This document shows positions 40,741 to 53,769 of a stretch of 64,000 nucleotides of DNA, piece after piece (position 1 is the stretch's first letter; each line of letters starts with the position of its first letter). The DNA is from Rhina ancylostomus. Its lineage: Eukaryota. The stretch spans positions 43,013,614 to 43,077,613 of the forward strand of contig JARFYF010000084.1 of NCBI GenBank assembly GCA_030265395.1, read 5' to 3'. The translations under genes were made by a program, and so were the position numbers. The notes beneath the pieces were generated by a model. That model was not told where the DNA came from. It searched no databases and worked only from the letters and a program-made list of their open reading frames with translations.

Positions 40741-43426
40741 CTAGATGTGGGGTGTTGTCAAAGGATAATGGGCCAGCCACTTTGACAGTTGTGAGATTTA
40801 TCAAAATCAGCTATAGCCTGCATAATTTTCCAACTCCCGATGGGCAAAATCTTTTATCCTGAGAGAAGGAACAAAAAGACAAATCCAAAATATTTGAGAT
40901 TTTTGTACAGTCAGAAGGAGTGGTGTATTATTCTTAAAGGTTTTATCTATGAATTTTTAATTATGGTCTTGTTGAGTATCTCTGTTCATATTATTAATTT
41001 CTAGGAATCCTTCCTATCTGTTAGTCTCCAGGCTTCTTTGTGGTGTAATAGTTCCATTTTCCGCTGTAAGACAAATCAAAATAACCAATGTAGTAGTCAA
41101 GAATGATTAGCGCTCCCTCAGAACTGGACTTGTGTATCAACCTGGATCTTCGTGCTTAGGGTCTTTTACCTCTACAGACGGATTTGAACACTGATGTGTG
41201 ACTCAGAAGCAAGAATAGTACCTCCTGAGCCACAGCTGGCAGTGTCATCCAGCACTGAGTTACTAAATGGGGATCATGATGCCTGGGCTCTGTTAAAAGC
41301 ATGCTGAGGTCTTAGTCAGATGAATGTCTCATTTGTCAGCTTTATCTGCACCTGTCTGTTGGTGGAACTATTGCTTTGGGAATTGCAGCCCCTGAGTATT
41401 TCAGCGATGTCATGAAGTAACCATAGACGGTGAGGCATGAGAATTAGTGGGCATATGATTAAAGGTTACCTACTGAGTCTATTTAGTATGGACTCCTTGC
41501 ACTGGATGTCTAATCCATGTACTCTTCTTTCTTAATGTGTGGAAACTGAAGTGGGAACTCAATGGTTGTTAAAAACTAGTCTGCATAATTAAACTTAATA
41601 AAGAATGTTAAACAAAACCTTAAGAAAGATTATAACATAGTAGCAGGGTATTTGACCCTACCAATTTTTCTGTAGCAAAGTTAACCTCTATGTCAGCAAA
41701 TACTTGGAATCATATTTCTTTTTTGCATATCAACATTTAAAAATTTTCTTTCAATATTCTTTTATTCTCTTCTGGCCGCTAGTGATGGCACCCACTACCA
41801 GAAGGTAGTCAGTTCTTTGGAAATAATCATTTTGTCATTAAACAGTAGATGCAACGAGAAGAAAATGCGAATTCATTTAAATAATCCTTTTGTGCCATAT
41901 TGGAATATAACAGGGCAAAGATACAGTGATTGGGGAAAGTTTTTTCCCAGTGAAAGAGAAAGATAATTACCTCCACCTCCCTGTTATGTGGGAATTCAGC
42001 AATAAGCACCCCATCTCATTTTCTTCATGCAGGTTCCTGGAGGAAAATTCTGGCCGTTGTCTTTCAGTCTATCAGCTTCATACCTTTTCTGGTTTCATAC
42101 CAATGAAAGTTGAAAAGTCGGTGATGTTTCTTTTCCCTCTTTCTCTCCCTCACACTCTCTCGCAAACACAGATTCTTGTGTGTGCTCACACATATATGTG
42201 TACTACACACACATATGCAGGTTAGCTTCCACACATACAACAAGTATTTTCCACTTCTACCTTTCTATTGATTGTCTTTGTTGTGAGACTGTTTGTCCTA
42301 TATTTAGTTTCAGATGAAACTCATTTTCCTACAGTTAAATACTGAATGACAAAAAACATTACCATCAACCTTCATCACAAATCTACTGCTTTGCCACTGA
42401 TGATTGAAATCAATGAAATTGAATTTTTGAAGCAGAGTTCAATGTGCATACATTGCTGCCGAGCACATTCAGAACACAAGCCAAGGACAAATTTTCTAGT
42501 CCTGCTTCAGATAGCTCACATGCAAACAAAGTTTGCTTGGATGATACCTAGGAAATATGGAATGAAACCTCCTTTAAGGAGTGGAAAAGCCAAGAGGAGA
42601 AAATTAACAGCAAATGAAAGAAGACATAAACAAATACAAAAACTGTGATGATCATTTTCAAAACATTGTATACAATAATAAAACTAAAGTGCTAAAATTG
42701 TGTTGGTGTGAAAATCTTTTGGAACCTTCCTTCACAAAAAAAATCCCAAAAATTCCCAGGCTGAAATGCTGGAGTCATTACACCAAGATTGTGTGCTCTC
42801 TCTCTCTCAGATCTTGCCAGAGATGGTTGATTCAGCGGGAGGTAGATTGCTTATGTGGAATTAGTTGATGCCAATGCTAAGACTGGTAATCTTTAATTCC
42901 CATTAAGGTAAATTCCCATATTTAGCTTAAAGTGACTCTCCACTAGCAATGGATATGGTCAAATCAACCTACCTGAGATTCTTCAATACACCCCTCAAAT
43001 CCTAGCATAATAGAGGTAATTAAAAAGCATGCCTCACTTCTACTACTGCATCCATCCCCAACATTACAGACTTTGCAAACTGTATACATGATTCCACCCT
43101 GATGAGGATGTAAAGGAGATACCATAATCAGCAGAAACTTGGCTTATCTGAGTCCCTTTGCTGAATTAAGTGGATCCTCTGTAAAAATGATTTGCTACAG
43201 TGCTTTTGGGATGTAAATGATGTGGCTGGGATATGTCCCGGTCATCCAGGGCCTTTGCTCCATTTGTTCCTGTCCTGGGTTTCCTCAGTTAAATGGCACA
43301 ACACTTCTCATCATATGTAGGTCAATGCCAATGGCAATGACATTATACTACTACAATACTAAACTGTTGGGAGAATGGGATATGAACTTTCATTATCCCT
43401 GGAACATACTACTAGTTGAAAAGTGA

Positions 43427-43579
<153 letters not shown>

Positions 43580-44860
43580 AAGAAGTGCTCACTTCTCATG
43601 ATGAGTTGCACTGCTGCAGTGAACAAGGGCATCCTTGTCTTTACAACATGAGAAGCACAAAATGAGCATATGCAAAGAAGATGCCTCAAATGTAAAGTAT
43701 TATGGACACCTCTTGATTTCAAGAAAGGAAGAAAACATTGATGTTGAACCATTGTAATTACTTTCCTGCTTGGACTCATTTTTTTATTTTTGTAAATAAA
43801 CATTTCTCCTAAACAAATGGATTATAGACAATCTCATGCAATTAAAGCCTTTTTTTTCTTGGCAGGGCCACTTATGTTAAAGGCAACTAATGTAACCTCA
43901 TTAACACATCTTCACAAATTAATGTGTAAGGATCATTGATTGTAATCACATTCAATTACAAATTCACAAAGAGGGTCTATCTTTGATTTGTGGAATATTT
44001 TATGGAACTTCACTGTCAGACAAGTACATATTAATTAGCTGATTGGCTGGTTTGAAAGTCACATGATACTCAGGCTGCACTTCCTGTACAATCATGCTGC
44101 TGTATAAGAATGTCAATAAAACTAATTTGTTATGCCACAATATTTATGGTGGTCTTGTATGCAGTTCCTCCTCAAATTGTCCTAATCAGTTGCCTGTATG
44201 ATGATAGTTGGCAATGTTAGGTACAGACATACAAGGGTCATTGTTGATTTGACTTGAAATTATAGTTTTAAAACTGCAGTAGAGTTATGGTACAATGTTA
44301 AAAAAATTGATGTGTTCTATTTTTTATTAGCTTCAGTGAAAAAGTCACATGCTTGATATACTTTTCTTGCACCACACTACCGTGTCCTATTTTCCAATGT
44401 AAATTTAGCATGTCACTGAAAGCAAGAAGTTTGTAAAGTAATGTCACCAATGTAGCCAGTGCACATTAACTGGTTCACTATTTTCCATTACTTCTGTAAA
44501 CAGTGTCTAAATTTTAATTTGAAGAAGTTTTTATTATTGTCAACAGAGCCAATGTTTTTAGTTGGACAAATTTGCATCTTAGAATGGCATCTTAACTTTG
44601 ATGTTGTTTTGTAATCCTTCAGGGCAATATTACAACTGACCTTTCCATTCTTCCTAAGCAACAAGTCATTGAATAACTCCTTAATTGTAAATGGCTTACC
44701 TGTTCCAAACCATGTAAACAGAAAGTGGAGCACCAAAAAAACTTACATGTGTCATGTGTATTTTACCAAGGAAGATAAAGTGGCACATTATAGAGAATGA
44801 ACAGCAGATATTGGTAAAGCATAAGTAAACATTCTGTTTCATGTATAAAATAATAAAAAG
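43580..44860 (+). other. HECW1: Probable HECW1 3' UTR with candidate polyadenylation signals
   Basis: AT-rich stretch after the stop codon with no repeats I could recognise. AATAAA at 43795, 44115 and 44852; ATTAAA at 43841. The true 3' end cannot be determined from sequence alone. Confidence 0.6.
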
Positions 44861-46114
44861 CAACTAAGATTAAAGTAATGCAAAATACTTAACAATACCG
44901 AACTAGAATATAAATCTTAGTAGATAAACATATTTTGCATTTTTAATATAGTCACATTAAAAAGTGGTTAATTTTAATATAATTTAAAATAAACATAACT
45001 GGCCACAAATATCTTTGTATAACTGTTGAAGAATCAGGACAGTCCTGATGANNNNNNNNNNNNNNNNNCAAACTGCTGGAGAAGCAGTTATCTGCCTGAC
45101 CTGCTGAGTTCCTCCAGCACTTTGTGTGTGTTGCTCCAGATTCCAACACCTGCAGAATGTCTTGTGAAGCCAATAATTAATTAGCTTATTTCGCACACAC
45201 ATACCAAGTGTCTATGGATTATAAATGGCAAATGTGATATTTTTCAACTATTAAATATTGAAGAAATTGTGAAAATTGCTACCAGTAACTATTATAGCGA
45301 ATTATACTACTGTTATTTTGGCAGAATTTAGGGCATCAGATAGGTTGTGATTTTTCCATATCCAAGATGTGGTACCAGGTTGTGTTGGATATTTTGTTTA
45401 TCAGCCAAGTTTTTCTGTCTTAACTGAAGAATTCTTACCCGTTTATCTATTTTCAGCATTTGCTATTTTATACTTGGAAAACATTCTCTGCAGATTTTTG
45501 TATCACAGGAAAAGGAGTAGGCCATTCAGCCCCATGAATTTGTTCTAGCATTTCAACCATTCAATTAAGTCATAACTCATCCACGTTTTAACTCGGCTTA
45601 CTGCCTTGGCTTTAAAGGATTTCTTCAACAACTTGAGCAGAGAAGTGTTTGTCTGCCTTTATCCCCGAATAGCGTACGTCTGATTTTAAAATTAGAGAAG
45701 TGTAGGAAGAGAAATTTGTTCTAGCCATAATTGTTTTTGATACTGAAATAGGATATTTATGAATCCTTCATCAATATCTACTGTTCATTCTCTGTATTTT
45801 GCCAGTTGCTTTAGTTATCAACTTTAATTTTGTGATTATTTCACCTCTGTAGATAATAAGCAAATCTGAATGGAACAACAACGCCACAGTTCCAATTACT
45901 TCCTGAAATAAGTCCTGCTGTATTAGTCCTCAGTTGTAGGAGTCTCCAGGAAAACATAACTTCCACCTATCATTTTAAGCATAGTTCAATTGCAGGAAAT
46001 CGCATTAGGGTAATTTTGCACGACTTTGTACCTTGGCGAGAGTCTTGCAGTGCCAAAGATGAAGCTGCAATCAGACCATTCCCTGATGATACATATTGGA
46101 AAGAAAGAAAGAGA

Positions 46115-46420
46115 GCCTTGCATTTCTATTGCATCCTTCTTGACCTTAAGTGTCCCTTCAATGAAACACTTTTGAAATGCAGTCACTGTCGAAGGTAAAA
46201 AATGAAGCAGTCTGTTTGTACACAGCAAGCTCCTAAAATAAGCAATGAAAATGTGATCAGATAATCTGATTTTATAAATTTTTTCAGGCAGAAAACTGGA
46301 GAAAACTCTCCTGTTCCTTGTTAAAATTGTGCCATTGGAACTTTTAGTTCCACACGAAAGAGCAGATGTGACCTTTACGTCATATCTGAGAGGTGGTCCC
46401 TTCAAAAGCACTGTGCATTT
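46115..46420 (-). mobile_element. Deu-domain SINE (SacSINE/AmnSINE-like)
   Basis: ttgcatttctattgcatcc...cacagcaagctcc...gtgccattggaactttt...ccacacgaaagagcagatg...tcatatctgagaggtgg. Related + strand copies at ~27350-27630, ~48690-48910 and ~59100-59450. Confidence 0.55.
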
Positions 46421-46629
46421 TTATAATTGCAGTAAAGAAACATTGGGATGTTTAAAAGGCTGAATAGTGATTTTAGATGTTGTTGGGGAGGGAGATGTTT
46501 AAGCGTGTGCTTCCCTTTAAAAAAGTTGTTGCAAGATTTTATTCACCACTTTAATCTATTTGATCATGCAGACCAAAACTATGCTGGAATCATTAAATAT
46601 TGGTTCAGATTTCATTATGATATGAGAGG

Positions 46630-46855
46630 CCATTCAGCCCACTGAGTCAATGCCAGCTTAGAGTAATTACATTCCTCTACTAATTTCCCCTGTATCCTAC
46701 TCAGTCCACACTTTTTGGGATGTGGGAGGAAACTGGAGCACCTGCAGGAAATCCATGAGGTCACATTGAGAACATGCAAACTCCACACAAATGGAGGTCA
46801 GGTTTGAACTCCAGGCAGTGGCACTGTGAGGCAGTAATTCCACCAGCTACATTAC
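46630..46855 (-). mobile_element. tRNA-derived SINE
   Basis: tttttgggatgtgggaggaaactggagcacc...aggtttgaactccagg. Confidence 0.7.
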
Positions 46856-46879
46856 TAAGCACTTATAACATGACCCATT

Positions 46880-47530
46880 AAAAATAGGTGCAGATGGTAA
46901 GATGGTGAAGAAGGCATAAAAGATGCTTACCTTCATCAGCAAGGGCATAGAATAAGAGAGCATGGAAGTAATGGTGCAAATTTATAAAACTTTGGTTCGG
47001 TCACAGCTAGAGTACTGTGTACAGTTCTGGTTGCCACACTATAGAAAAGATGTGATTACGCTGGAGAAGAGATTTACCAACATGTTGTCTGGGATGGAAT
47101 GTTTTAGTTATGAGGAGAGACTGAATAGGCTGGGTTTGTTTTCTCTGGAGTGAAGGATGCTGAGGGGGAACCTGACAGAGGTATATAAAATCCTGAGGGG
47201 CTTATATAGGGTGGCTAATGAGAAACTTTTTCCCATAACGGAGACATCTAAAACCTGATGGCACAGGTTTAAGATGAGGATTAGAGAGGGTGTGAGGAAA
47301 AGAAGTTTCACCCACAGAGTATTGCTTTTGGAACACACTGCCTGAAAAGGTGGTGAAGGCTGGTAGACACACAACATTTAAGAAGTATCTGGATGAGGAC
47401 TTGAATCATCAGGATGTAGAAGGCAACAGACCGAGTGCTGCTAAATGGGATTAGTGTGGATAGGTACTTGAATGGTCAGCATGGACATGGTGTGCGGAAG
47501 GGCCTGTTTCTGTGCTGTTTGGTTCAGTGT
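46880..47530 (+). mobile_element. CR1 3' fragment
   Basis: ORF 46962-47153 YKTLVRSQLEYCVQFWLPHYRKDV, followed by the CR1 tail. Confidence 0.88.
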
Positions 47531-48466
47531 GCTGTGGTCCAATTTATCCAAAGGTTTGATTGCAGGCATCTCCCAGCATAAATTTTATCAGTTGAAAGAA
47601 TTCATGTTCATCTTTCCAGCAATGAATTCTGAAGAAAATAGTGCATGAAGGATCAACTTATTACTGTGAGTCAGGAGCAAAGAGGATTAAGAATATAGGA
47701 AAAGCTATTAATATTGATATATGTAACTATAAGCTTGATCAGATTTTTTAGGTCTCTTTAATCTTAATATTCTTATCTTTTAATTTTTCCAAACTATTCT
47801 TTTTGTAAATTTATTTTCTGCAAAGGAGGTAAGATAGATAACATAAAAGTCAGTGATGTGTCAACATACTTCTATGAATATCTACAATATCCAGATTTAA
47901 TTATATGTATAATAAAGGGAGATATTATTCTTGTAGTTCGAGTAAGTGATCTTCAGTAATTATAAAACCAAGCAAAACGCATTCCATTACATTCTTCCAT
48001 TGACAAAATTATCAACTGGTTGTAAGAGCCATTAGATGATAGTTAAGTCCAATATTTGTAATATTTGTAATTACCATTGTGTTTCTTGTAGAGAAAGACC
48101 TCAGCCAAAAATGTGATTTTACAACACTTCCACTTGATCCCTATCAAGACTATTATGTCTTTAGTTAGCAAATGACTGTTGAAAGTCCACATTCATAACT
48201 TCAATTGCACTACCTTCAACAATCCTTTACCTCATCGAAGAACTTAATGAGTTAGTCAAACACAACTTGTCTTTTACAGGTCCATGATGGCTCTTATTCA
48301 TTGGACCATATTTTTCCAAGTGCCAACTAACTTTGACCCAATTATTGTCTCCAGGAGTTTCTCCACCAATGATACTAAACTGACTGTTTTACAATTGGTT
48401 AATTTTGCTTTCAACTTATAGACCACAAGCAGGTCGTCCTCCCAATCTTCCCTTTTACTAAGAAAG

Positions 48467-48598
48467 GACGAAGGGTCTCGACCCAAAAAGTCAACTGTTT
48501 ATTTCCCTCCATATATGTTGCCTGACCTCCTGAGTTCCTCCAGCATTTTGTGTGTGTGTTGCTCCAGATTCCAGCATCTGCAGAATCTCTTGTATCTC
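48467..48598 (+). mobile_element. Short Penelope-derived element inserted in an old minus-strand CR1 fragment (~48000-48410)
   Basis: gacgaagggtctcgacccaaaaagtcaactg...ctgagttcctccagc...ccagattccagcatctgcag. Confidence 0.7.
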
Positions 48599-49309
48599 CA
48601 ACCTGTTCAGTTTTTCTTGATAAGTATAAATTAATAGTTCTGGATTTATCCTTATAAATCTGTTTTGCCCACTCTGAAGATGAGAGCACAAAGGTCTAGG
48701 GTGATGCTCCACTATAGTATTGAGGGAGTGTTGCAGCGTTGGAGGTAACATCTTTTGGATGAGACTTTAAATTGAGTCCCCTCTGCACACTCAAATGAAT
48801 GTAAAAATCCGTTGTTGTTACCCTGGGAAAACCAGGAAAAGTGTCCTTTATTTATTAACCTCTTTCTACCCTTCAACCTACAGCTCCAGAACAGATTACC
48901 TGGTCTGTATTACATTAGATTCAGAGGATGATAGAAAATTTACCACATCGAAAGAGGCCATTCCACCCATTGTGCCAGTGCCAGTCAAAGAAGAACCCTC
49001 CAGTCTAATCTCATCTTCCAGAACTTGGTCCAAAGCAAGGCATGGCTCTTCAAGAACACATCCAAGTAAATGTTTAAACATGATGACTGTTTCTGCTCTA
49101 GATACCATACCCATGCAACAACTGCAGTGATCTTGCATCACTCATTCATAATGTCTGGTTTTAACACCTGTTCTCCCACTCACACTCATGCTTGCTTACT
49201 TGCTTCCTCTCTCCCTTGCACTTGGGACATCTAACATTAGGTATCAGTGTAGGCAGGCAGCGATGAGATAAAAGATCTTATTGAACAGTGGAACAGGCCT
49301 ACTCTTGCC

Positions 49310-50720
49310 TTTATTTCTTATGTTTCCTCCACCTTTTCAGGCAGTGAGTTCCGAACCCAATAAAACACTTTTCCTCCTTTCTTCTCTAATTCTTCCATCA
49401 GTTACTATAAAATTATTCTCCCTGATTTCTCCATCTGCAAAGGGAAATATATCCTTCCTATTAATTCTATCTAGAGCCCTCAATTTTATGGACATCAATT
49501 AAGTCTCCCTTCATCCTCCTCTGTTCCAAAGAAAACAACATAAGCTCATCCAATCTTTCCTCATATCTATAATTTCCCAGGCCAGTAACATCTTTGTAAA
49601 TCTTCCCTGCACCCTTTCCAGTGCATTCACACCTTTCTGACATTTTGAAGACCAGAATTATACACAGTATTCAAACAATGACCTAACTAGTATGCTATAC
49701 TCTAGCATAAATTCCATAACTTCTTATATTCAGTGCCTCAGCTAATGAAAGATAGCATCCCCATGCCTTTTAAACAACCTTATTGACTTGTCCTGTTAAC
49801 TTTATAGATCTGTGCATAAACACTTCATTGTTGCTTGCTTCCTCCACACCACTCAATATTCTCTAATCATGTAATCTCTTGCCTTGTTGCATATCCTCGA
49901 ATGCAATAATCCACATTTCTCTGGACTACATTCCATTTACAAATTCTCTGACCAGAGCAGGTCATGACCAGACCATCTATTATCTTCTTGCAGTCTACAG
50001 CTTTCCTCCTCAATATCAATCACACAGATAATTTTTGTCTGCTACATTTAGGTTGAAATCAATATATACAATAAAAAGCAAGCAACTGAGTATCCAAGCC
50101 CTCAGGAACCCCACTTTCAACAGCCTTCAGGGCATAAAAACAGTCATCAACCATTACCATTTGCTTCCTGCCACTGAACCAATTTTTGATTCAATTTAGC
50201 CAATGCCCTGGATCCCATGGACTTTTTTGACCAGCCTGTGGGAGTACCTTGCTAAAACCATCTTACACTGCTTTCATTGATTTTGTTCTCTTCTCAAAAC
50301 AGATTACCCCCCAATATTGTTCCTGATTAATCTGTGCTTCTCTAATTTAGTATTTGTACTGACTTTTAGACTAGATTTCAATAATTTGCCAAGTAGTGAT
50401 GTTAAATCAACTGGACTGCAATTACTTGGTTTATCTCTACATCCTTTTGAAAAAAAATGGTTCAACGTCATCAGCACTCCAGACCTTTGGAACCAGTTCA
50501 GTAGCCAAAGTGAACTGAAAAATTGTAGTATTTCCACAAGTACTTCCACAGTTATTTTTTATCACGCAGGGATGTATTTCATCTGGGCCTGGTGGTTTAT
50601 CAATTAATACAAATTCCTTACCACGTCTCCTTTTACTGTGTTTATCCGTCCAATATTTCACAGTTAACTACAATGTCAGCACCATCCCCCTCCTTGTGAA
50701 GGCCACAGCAAGATATTAAT
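49310..50720 (-). mobile_element. Old CR1 ORF2 fragment
   Basis: Minus strand reads KPPGPDEIHPCV, VPKVWSADDVEPFF and DKPSNCSPVDLTSLLGKLL. Confidence 0.8.
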
Positions 50721-50801
50721 TAAGAACCTTAGCTCATCTTTAGATTCCATGCGTTACATTTATGGCCCCATTGTTTCTTTATTTCATGAGAAGAGAACGC
50801 A

Positions 50802-50911
50802 CAACTTAGTTGCAGAACCCAGGCGCTCCTGGGTTCCTAGTGTCCATCGTCTCTCACCGACGTTCGCTTGGGTCACTGCAGTAGCCATGACCCAGCCACG
50901 CAACTTAGTTG
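50802..50911 (+). repeat. Dispersed 79-bp duplicate of STK17A 5'UTR/start codon between 11-bp direct repeats
   Basis: 50822-50900 matches 51356-51434 at 72/79 positions by hand alignment. CAACTTAGTTG flanks it at 50802-50812 and 50901-50911. Confidence 0.9.
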
Positions 50912-51229
50912 TTGCATTCTCTGCATTACAACAGTGCCGACATAAATAAAGCAATTTCTTAGGCTGAAACACTTCGGAATGACCTGAGGCTCTGAAAGTC
51001 TCCACAGAAACGCAAGTTTTTCTGCTCTGTTGCCTCAATATCCTATGCTCATGCTTCCACTTCCGTGCAGGGTAGTGTATTTTATTAATATAATAAGATA
51101 ATTTCCTAAAAGCTGGTGGAAGTTATGAAAGGGTAAAATTAAAACAGAATGAATTAGCCTTCACCTGAAACGCACCAGCATTGCCTCTTTAATAGGATTG
51201 TTTCATTGCCGTTTTAAATGGCAGCATGC

Positions 51230-51600
51230 TCTTGGCCCACGCTGTCAATCAGCGTTGTCTCCACGGTGACGGCGGCGGGGCTGGGGGAGGGTGTGTAGTC
51301 GGGCTGCTGGGGAGAGCCGGCAGTAGATGAACGGAGGCAGTGCGGTGCTTGTGTTGGTGCTCCCGCGTTCCTAGTGTCCGTCGTCTCTCACCCACGTTAG
51401 CTTGGGTCACTGCAGTCGCCATGACCCAGCCACGGAGTGGGCTGGTGTCCGACATCCAGACCCGAATCTGTAGCGACAGCTTCAGCAACTGCTACACGTT
51501 GGTGGGCAAAGAGCTCGGCAGGTAAACGATGGATGGTTGGCAGTGGGAAAGCCCCGGACCAGGGGACAGACTCTGGGGGAGGCCGTGTGTGGGGCTGTAG
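51230..51600 (+). promoter_or_regulatory. GC/CpG-rich promoter and 5' region of STK17A
   Basis: Abrupt CpG-rich island in AT-rich DNA. Contains a GGCGGGGC GC-box (~51274-51281), a GGGAGGGTGTG GT-box, and TGATTGACAG on the - strand (51242-51251). Confidence 0.7.
51421..51521 (+). CDS. STK17A: STK17A/DRAK1-type Ser/Thr kinase, first coding exon (MTQPRSGLVSDIQTRICSDSFSNCYTLVGKELG(R))
   Basis: Kozak-like gtcGCCATGA with an in-frame TGA upstream at 51328. Ends GGC AG|GTAAAC in phase 2 at the ELGR|GKFA junction known for DRAK kinases. Lies downstream of HECW1 on the same strand, as HECW1-STK17A do in other vertebrates. Exon 2 was not found in the window. Confidence 0.8.
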
Positions 51601-53769
51601 AGAGAGAAGGAAAGATCTTTATTTATTTTTTTAAAAAAAGAATGCAAGTTGCTGTATACAGTGACTGAGCAAGCACACACGTTGTGATTGACATTCAAAT
51701 AATTAAGGGTGTCTTCTCACATTGAAGCAGGGCTGGTTACCCCACAACCATGTACGATATAATGAGAGGTTCTCACTTTTCAGATGGGATGAGGAAGAAC
51801 GAGATTCTTTTGCATCTTTTGAAAGCTGACAGTCTTTAATAATGACCAATGCAGCTGAGGGCTAGGGTGAATTCCTCCAGGCGGCTAACATTTATCCTTT
51901 TGATGTTTGAAAAAGTTGGGGAGGAAGATTGTGTCCGAAGCAGATGTTCTGATGACATGTGAATTTTGAGAGATGGTTACTTCACTGCATACATAGGCAA
52001 TGCAAGTACTGGAATACTGCTTATTATTACATTATTAATGAATTGTGACTGGACGTTAGAAGACGAAATATTCAGAGTATTAGTACTCCAGTGTAAATAT
52101 GTCGTTGCAATTTTAAAAAGGCATTTAGAGAGCTGTACTTTTTCTTTACAAATATAACCAGATCATTTATTAGAAACTCGGAAGGAAGTTGGTACAGTGC
52201 TACTAATGAGGCTGCTGTGATGTTTCACAAGATTTATGAAAGATTCTCTAATTGAAAATTGAATTGAATTGTGTTTTGTGCTGTGACTTATTTCTTTGCC
52301 AGGTTCTAATTTATTTCACATTTGTTGCTTGTGAAATAAATAAGAATGGTCTGACTACTCTATTGCACAATGGAGGCTTTAAAAGTACATTTGGGGATTA
52401 GCTACTTTCATCTATATTTAAACATTGCTTGTTAAATGGAAAAAGGGAATTGTACAAATTGATACATTCTGGTACACAAGCTGCAGTGTTTAGCAAGTAT
52501 ATATTTCCCAAGTTGACCTACTGTCATCAATTAAATCCAGATGGAATAAGGGATAATTACCAAAAACAGCCTGATATTTCTATCAAATAGTTGTTTAAAA
52601 AACATGATTTTTCTGAAACTGAGGGGTATTATTTTTTTTAAAGTGGAATAAATGTGATGCAGAATATTCACACTTCCTTTCTGTCATCAGAAATATTGTT
52701 GTCATCGACCTCTCATTCAAAGAATTTGATTAAAGGTTAACCAATTCAGATTAAATTAAACAAAGTCTTTATAAAATTCTTCAGAAATGAGGAATTGACT
52801 AAGAAAATATTTACATGGAATGGGAAGTCTAAAGAACTCCTTTATTTAATATGAGGCAGATTATGTTCATATTATTGATATGAATAAACTTGTGTTTTTG
52901 TATTTCAGTGTTAATGCAAAATGAACCCAACATATTCATGTAGCACTTTTGAATCAGATTATCAAGCTTATTTGTTTTTATAACTTCTAATGTCTTTGCT
53001 CAATTGCACTTGATCAATTTGAAAGAAATCCTCACCCTGAGTTGCATCCTCTTCCAAATTAACTCCAGCTTGTGTATTTACATCATTTTGGACAGTTGGT
53101 GTATAATGAGTCCACTTGGGGCAGCAAAGAAACTATTTCAGATTTTAACCAGGCATTTCTATTTAACTGTGAATTGTGTTTTGCCACATTACAGCATTTT
53201 AACTGCTGATTGCTTGTTAAAATGTAAAGATTTGTCAGGGTGGTGTATGAGGATCTTCATGTGTGTGTAGTGGTATTTCAATACAAGCATGTTAGGGAGA
53301 TTCTATCACATGTCTGAAAAATCTCCATAAATTGGCAAATTATGAAACTTTAGATACAAAGACTGTCACCCTTGAGGATTTCTGAAGCCGGTACAAATAA
53401 TGTAAGTCAATGACCTAGATTATTAGAGAAAGTAAATCAAATGGCTTCTCACCATTATTTTAGAAAGTACACAAGAATTTTTTGTTTGCATTGGTGTTTA
53501 TCCTCATAAAGGAATACCAGCACTTGCAGCTTCCCCTCAAGTTGCACGCCATTCTGGTTTGGAAATGTATAACTGTTTCTTCATTGACGCTGGATTCAAA
53601 TCACCAATGATACTGTGAGAACACCTTCACCAGAATAAATGTGGAGGATGTGAGACCAAGACTATCAGGTATTGGGGATGGGCAATAAATGCTGGCTTTG
53701 TCAGCTGTGGCCACCACCTATAAGATGATTTCAAAAATGCAATATATTGAATACTAGAAACCTGGGAGA

